A DNA stretch of 45,632 bases from Acidobacteriota bacterium. Its GTDB lineage: Bacteria; Acidobacteriota; Terriglobia; Terriglobales; Acidobacteriaceae. Shown piece by piece: positions 42,212 to 45,632 of this stretch. Each line of letters opens with the position of its first letter. Within the stretch, counting starts at the first letter, position 1. The notes below the pieces were generated by a model that saw only the letters and a program-made list of their open reading frames with translations, was not told where the DNA came from and searched no databases. The position numbers and the translations under genes are program-made. The DNA lies in NCBI GenBank assembly GCA_003225595.1, contig QIAR01000216.1, forward strand, positions 1-45,632, read 5' to 3'.

Positions 42212-43252
42212 GTGGAAACTCTATGGTTCATCATCGTCGCTGTCATGCTGACGGCCTACGTCGTATTGGACGGCTTTGATCTTGGCGCCGGCGTCATTTA
42301 TCCGTTCATAGCTAGAACAAGCGACGACCGCAGGCGGGTGCTGCGTGCGATTGGTCCGGTATGGGACGGGAATGAAGTCTGGCTGCTCGCAGCCGGCGGG
42401 ACTCTCTACTTTGCTTTCCCCCAACTCTACGCCTCGGGATTTAGCGGTTTTTATTTGCCGCTCATGATGGTCCTGTGGCTTTTGATGCTGCGGGGCATCG
42501 GGATCGAATTTCGCACGCACATGGAGCATCCCGTGTGGCAGGGCTTCTTCGACGCGGTGTTCTCCCTTTCCAGCGTGCTGCTGACGATTTTCTTTGGCGC
42601 GGCCCTGGGGAATGTAGTCCGAGGCGTACCGCTGAGGCAGGATGGCTATTTCTTCGAGCCGCTCTGGACCAATTTCAAGCTCGGCACCCATCCCGGCATC
42701 CTCGACTGGTACACCGTGATGGCTGGACTAGTGGCCTTGGTCACGCTCACGGCTCATGGTGCGCTTTACGTGGCTATTAAGACCGAAGGTGAACTCAGCG
42801 CGCGCGCTCGCAGCGTAGCGGTGGTCGCATGGCCAGTGCAGTTCTTCCTGACTTGTGTCAGCCTGGTCGCGACTTACTTTGCGTGCCATCGTATGTTTTA
42901 TAACTACGGTCGCCATCCCGTTGGCCTGGTGGTACCTGTATTAGTCTTTGGCAGCCTAGCGGTGATGGTATTGGCTACACCCAAAGGGAAGGAGAAGCTC
43001 GCTTTCATAGCTTCCAGTCTCTACATCGCTGGCATGCTGGTCGGCGCGGTCTTTGGTCTTTACCCGCTGGTGCTGCCCGCAAGCACCGACCCCGCTTACA
43101 GTCTGACCATCTACAATTCGGCTGCGGGACATCATGGCTTGGTCGTCGGGTTTGCGTGGTGGATCTTGGGTGCAGCGCTGACTCTCGCCTATTTCATTTT
43201 CATATACCGCATATTCCGGGGAAAAGTTAAGTTGGAGGGCGAAGGATACTGA
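42212..43252 (+). CDS. cydB: cytochrome bd-type quinol oxidase subunit II
   Basis: 346 aa from GTG 42212 (after GAGG). It starts ETLWFIIVAVMLTAYVVLDGFDLGAG, the typical CydB start. Confidence 0.9.
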   Translation: METLWFIIVAVMLTAYVVLDGFDLGAGVIYPFIARTSDDRRRVLRAIGPVWDGNEVWLLAAGGTLYFAFPQLYASGFSGFYLPLMMVLWLLMLRGIGIEFRTHMEHPVWQGFFDAVFSLSSVLLTIFFGAALGNVVRGVPLRQDGYFFEPLWTNFKLGTHPGILDWYTVMAGLVALVTLTAHGALYVAIKTEGELSARARSVAVVAWPVQFFLTCVSLVATYFACHRMFYNYGRHPVGLVVPVLVFGSLAVMVLATPKGKEKLAFIASSLYIAGMLVGAVFGLYPLVLPASTDPAYSLTIYNSAAGHHGLVVGFAWWILGAALTLAYFIFIYRIFRGKVKLEGEGY

Positions 43253-43277
43253 GGCGGTCCTTTGCAAGATAAAACCC

Positions 43278-43314
43278 GAGGCGTTGCAGGCAGCTTCTGC
43301 ACGCCTCATTTTCT
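43278..43314 (+). terminator. rho-independent terminator after cydB
   Basis: Stem GAGGCG(T)TGCAG / CTGCACGCCTC (11 bp with one bulged T) and a 7-nt loop, followed by ATTTTCT. Confidence 0.65.
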
Positions 43315-43343
43315 GCCGAAAAGTCTGTAGAAACGCAGCTTGC

Positions 43344-43443
43344 TGGCACAGTTGTTGAAGGGGAGACGGCTTCAGAGGCTGTGGAAAAACGCGGGGATTG
43401 GCACAGTTGTAGAAGGGCACGGCTTCAGAGGCTGCGGAAAAAC
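43344..43443 (+). repeat. tandem direct repeat, two copies of ~45-47 nt (period 55 nt)
   Basis: Copy 1 is TGGCACAGTTGTTGAAGGGGAGACGGCTTCAGAGGCTGTGGAAAAAC (43344-43390). Copy 2 is TGGCACAGTTGTAGAAGGGCACGGCTTCAGAGGCTGCGGAAAAAC (43399-43443). Confidence 0.85.
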
Positions 43444-43623
43444 TTCGGTTTGGGGTGGCGCAGCGCTTCCAGCGCTGACTTGAAAGTGAGTTTTAACGCA
43501 GCCCGTTCAGCCGTGCCGTAGGTGCCGCCAGATCAAGTGCACGCGCGCCTGAAAGGGCGTGCTCCCATGGTTGAGCCGCTCCAATTAGTTTTTCAGCACC
43601 CTGCTAGACTAACTATCCCGATC

Positions 43624-44382
43624 ATGAGCTCTCGCCTGGAAAATAAAATTGCGATCGTCACTGGCGCTGGCAGCGGTATCGGTCGCGCGTGCGCCCTCAC
43701 ATTCGCACGTGAAGGGGCCAAGCTTGCCCTCGTCGGCCGCCGCCGGAGCCGGCTCGATGCGGTCGCCCGCGAGATGGACGGTGCGCCGCTCGTCCTCTCC
43801 GCTGATGTGTCGAACAAACATGACATTGACCGTCTGGTCGAACAGACCGTTGCCCGCTTCGGTGGATTGAACGTCCTCGTCAATGATGCTGGTGTGCTGC
43901 ATGCTGGTACTGCGGAGCAGGTCACGGAAGAGCAGTGGGACGAAACTTTCAATATCAATGTGCGTGGGCTCTGGCTGCTTTCTCGGGCGGTACTGCCGCA
44001 CATGCGCCAGGTAGGCGGCGGCTCGATCATCAACATCGCGTCAGTTCTGGGCATTAACGGCGCGCGTAATCGGGCATCGTATGCGGCTTCGAAGGGTGCC
44101 GTCGTGCTGCTGACCAAGTGTATGGCGATTGATCACGGGCACGAGAACATCCGCGTGAACTGCATTTGCCCATCGTTTGTCGAAACCGATTTGACGGCTC
44201 CGATCATCAACAAAGCACTTGATCCCGAAGCCGTGCGTCGCGAGCGAATTTCTGTACATCCGATCGGTCGTTTAGGACAACCGCAAGACATCGCCGGATT
44301 GGCCGTCTATCTCGCCAGCGATGAGTCGTCTTGGACGACAGGGACCGCGTTTCCAGTTGACGGCGGGTATCTGGCGGTGTAG
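43624..44382 (+). CDS. SDR-family oxidoreductase (3-oxoacyl-ACP reductase-like)
   Basis: 252 aa from ATG 43624 (MSSRLENKIAIVTGAGSGIGRA). It has NDAG and YAASKGAV. The ORF-track start at 43522 adds a non-homologous extension. Confidence 0.85.
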   Translation: MSSRLENKIAIVTGAGSGIGRACALTFAREGAKLALVGRRRSRLDAVAREMDGAPLVLSADVSNKHDIDRLVEQTVARFGGLNVLVNDAGVLHAGTAEQVTEEQWDETFNINVRGLWLLSRAVLPHMRQVGGGSIINIASVLGINGARNRASYAASKGAVVLLTKCMAIDHGHENIRVNCICPSFVETDLTAPIINKALDPEAVRRERISVHPIGRLGQPQDIAGLAVYLASDESSWTTGTAFPVDGGYLAV

Positions 44383-44495
44383 CAACCCTATCGAACTCGT
44401 AGCGCGGTGGCGTGACCGCTATCATTCCCTACTCTGTAACCCTCTGTATAATCTATTAAGTCGCTCGTCGCACGACTGATCTGGAAGGGGACCCC

Positions 44496-45347
44496 ATGAG
44501 CGCCCACATGCCTCCGCGCCCCGGACAGCAACCACCCGGTCCACAGCCTCTGCCCGGTGTGGACACGATAATCGCGGTCGGCTCTGGTAAGGGCGGGGTA
44601 GGTAAGACCACCCTCGCCGTAAACCTGGCAGTGGCACTCGCCAAACTCGGTCACAGGGTCGGCTTGCTCGATGCTGATGTGTACGGCCCCAATGTGCCGC
44701 TCATGCTCGGCATCAATGCGCAACCAAAAGTTGTGGGAGATAACCGCATCGAACCGCTTGAAGTCTTTGGGCTCAAGGTTATCTCGGTTGGCTTTCTCAA
44801 TCCTGGCGACAAGCCGATCATCTGGCGTGGTCCCATGCTCCACAAGATTATTGGCCAATTTCTGGGTTCCGTGGAGTGGGGGAATCTCGATTATCTCGTC
44901 GTCGATTTGCCACCCGGCACGGGCGACGTTGCATTGTCGCTTATCCAAACCGTGCCGCTCACCGGCGCAGTCGTAGTCTCAACCCCCTCTGACGTTTCGC
45001 TGCAAGATGCACGCAAAGCCATTGAGATGTTTCGCCAGATGAAAGTTGACCTCGTGGGCGTGGTGGAAAATATGAGCTACTTTGTTTGCCCGCACTGCAA
45101 CCATGAAATCGACATTTTTTCCCGCGGCGGAGCAGAAAAGACCGCTAGCCAGTTCAGCGTGGCCTTTTTAGGCAATGTGCAGCTCGATCCCGACATCCGC
45201 AAGTCAGGGGACACCGGCAAACCCGCCGTACTCGAAGGTGAAGATTCTCCCCACGCAAAGTCATTGTACGAATTTGCGCGCAAGGTGATGGCGCGTGTGG
45301 AGGAGATCAAATCGAGCGCGCCCGAGAGTGTGATACAGATCCAGTAG
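44496..45347 (+). CDS. apbC: Mrp/NBP35/ApbC-family Fe-S cluster carrier ATPase
   Basis: 283 aa. It has a deviant Walker A (GSGKGGVGKTT), DLPPGTGD and a CPHC motif (FVCPHCNHEIDIF). The N-terminus is short and Pro/Gln-rich rather than a DUF59 domain. Confidence 0.85.
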   Translation: MSAHMPPRPGQQPPGPQPLPGVDTIIAVGSGKGGVGKTTLAVNLAVALAKLGHRVGLLDADVYGPNVPLMLGINAQPKVVGDNRIEPLEVFGLKVISVGFLNPGDKPIIWRGPMLHKIIGQFLGSVEWGNLDYLVVDLPPGTGDVALSLIQTVPLTGAVVVSTPSDVSLQDARKAIEMFRQMKVDLVGVVENMSYFVCPHCNHEIDIFSRGGAEKTASQFSVAFLGNVQLDPDIRKSGDTGKPAVLEGEDSPHAKSLYEFARKVMARVEEIKSSAPESVIQIQ

Positions 45348-45484
45348 TTCGTCGTAGCGCTTGCATCCCGTCGGCTTTCCCCAGCGTATCCTGCCGCGAC
45401 CCCGTAATTCGAGCTGCAATCCAGGAGCGAGTGTACAAAGGACGACTGGATCGCGCGACCCCTATCCCCAAAGGTGACCACTCG

Positions 45485-45632
45485 TTACACACCAAATCTC
45501 GCCAGCCGGAATATCGCCTCCGGCTCCTTCTCGTTCATCACCAACTCCGACACCATCTCTCCCACCGCTGGTCCGTGCTTAAAACCATGTCCGGACCCGC
45601 CGCCCACGAGCCATACATTTTCAGCTGCAGGA
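45485..45632 (-). CDS. FAD-dependent oxidoreductase, C-terminal end (5' part lies outside the window)
   Basis: The minus strand reads ...PAAENVWLVGGGSGHGFKHGPAVGEMVSELVMNEKEPEAIFRLARFGV*, with its stop at 45487-45485. GGSGHGFKHGPAVGE is the C-terminal FAD-binding block of DAO/sarcosine-oxidase-like enzymes. Confidence 0.5.
   Translation of the reverse strand, partial: PAAENVWLVGGGSGHGFKHGPAVGEMVSELVMNEKEPEAIFRLARFGV

Noticed and set aside
43344-43415. TGGCAC hexamers at the start of both tandem repeat copies, considered as sigma-54 promoters for the downstream SDR gene.
   Set aside because: The -12 position reads TTGA in one copy and TAGA in the other, not TTGC, so the invariant GC is missing. 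The sites are 180-280 nt from the ATG.
1-45632. I searched by eye for CRISPR arrays, tRNA or rRNA genes, IS elements, integrases, toxin-antitoxin pairs and phage genes.
   Set aside because: I recognised none. The tandem repeats present have 7-11-nt or 55-nt periods without spacers, which is not CRISPR-like. No transposase or recombinase ORF is present. A covariance-model scan (tRNAscan-SE, Infernal/Rfam) would be needed to exclude small ncRNAs in the 290-375-nt gaps at 17944-18292, 24826-25149, 29960-30247, 32286-32580 and 37301-37674.

Overview
Gene-dense chromosomal segment with about 41 protein-coding genes on both strands; two of them are frame-disrupted. I recognised no rRNA, tRNA, CRISPR array, transposase, integrase or phage gene. 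The protein sequences and the two sigma-54-dependent activators suggest a GC-rich soil bacterium, possibly Acidobacteriota. That is inference only and was not verified. Gene order, left to right: type IV pilus operon pilM (partial)-N-O-P-Q, with pilQ frame-shifted; M24 Xaa-Pro peptidase; accB and accC, separated by an unusually long structured spacer; thiE; two APC amino-acid permeases; a 2TM/RCK K+ channel with a non-canonical GYQ filter; nnr; a small PilZ-like gene; tsaE; fabI and an MFS transporter (minus strand); an ABM-like protein; a SAM methyltransferase; a frame-disrupted TPR lipoprotein; a minus-strand operon of sigma-54 response regulator, sensor kinase and secreted low-complexity protein; an OmpA-family protein; an 11-Asp-box BNR propeller protein; a glycine-zipper lipoprotein preceded by a candidate sigma-54 promoter; a second, orphan sigma-54 response regulator; a pseudo-receiver-like ORF; a GT4 glycosyltransferase; a CDGSH Fe-S protein; a minus-strand LON-domain protein, ChlI/MoxR-like AAA+ ATPase and VWA protein; an SDR; a small TPR protein; a Cys-rich hypothetical; an acyl-CoA thioesterase; cydAB; a second SDR; Mrp/ApbC; and the 3' end of an FAD oxidoreductase. 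The most unusual signal is not a gene. It is a family of heptanucleotide tandem-repeat arrays, mostly GAGAACT/AGTTCTC-like, placed exactly at gene boundaries. One pair of inverted copies brackets the VWA gene to within 1-2 nt of its stop and start codons. I did not find a clearly novel multi-gene system such as a defence or mobile element. The AAA+/VWA(/LON-domain) module and the sigma-54 lipoprotein unit are the best candidates for uncharacterised biology.
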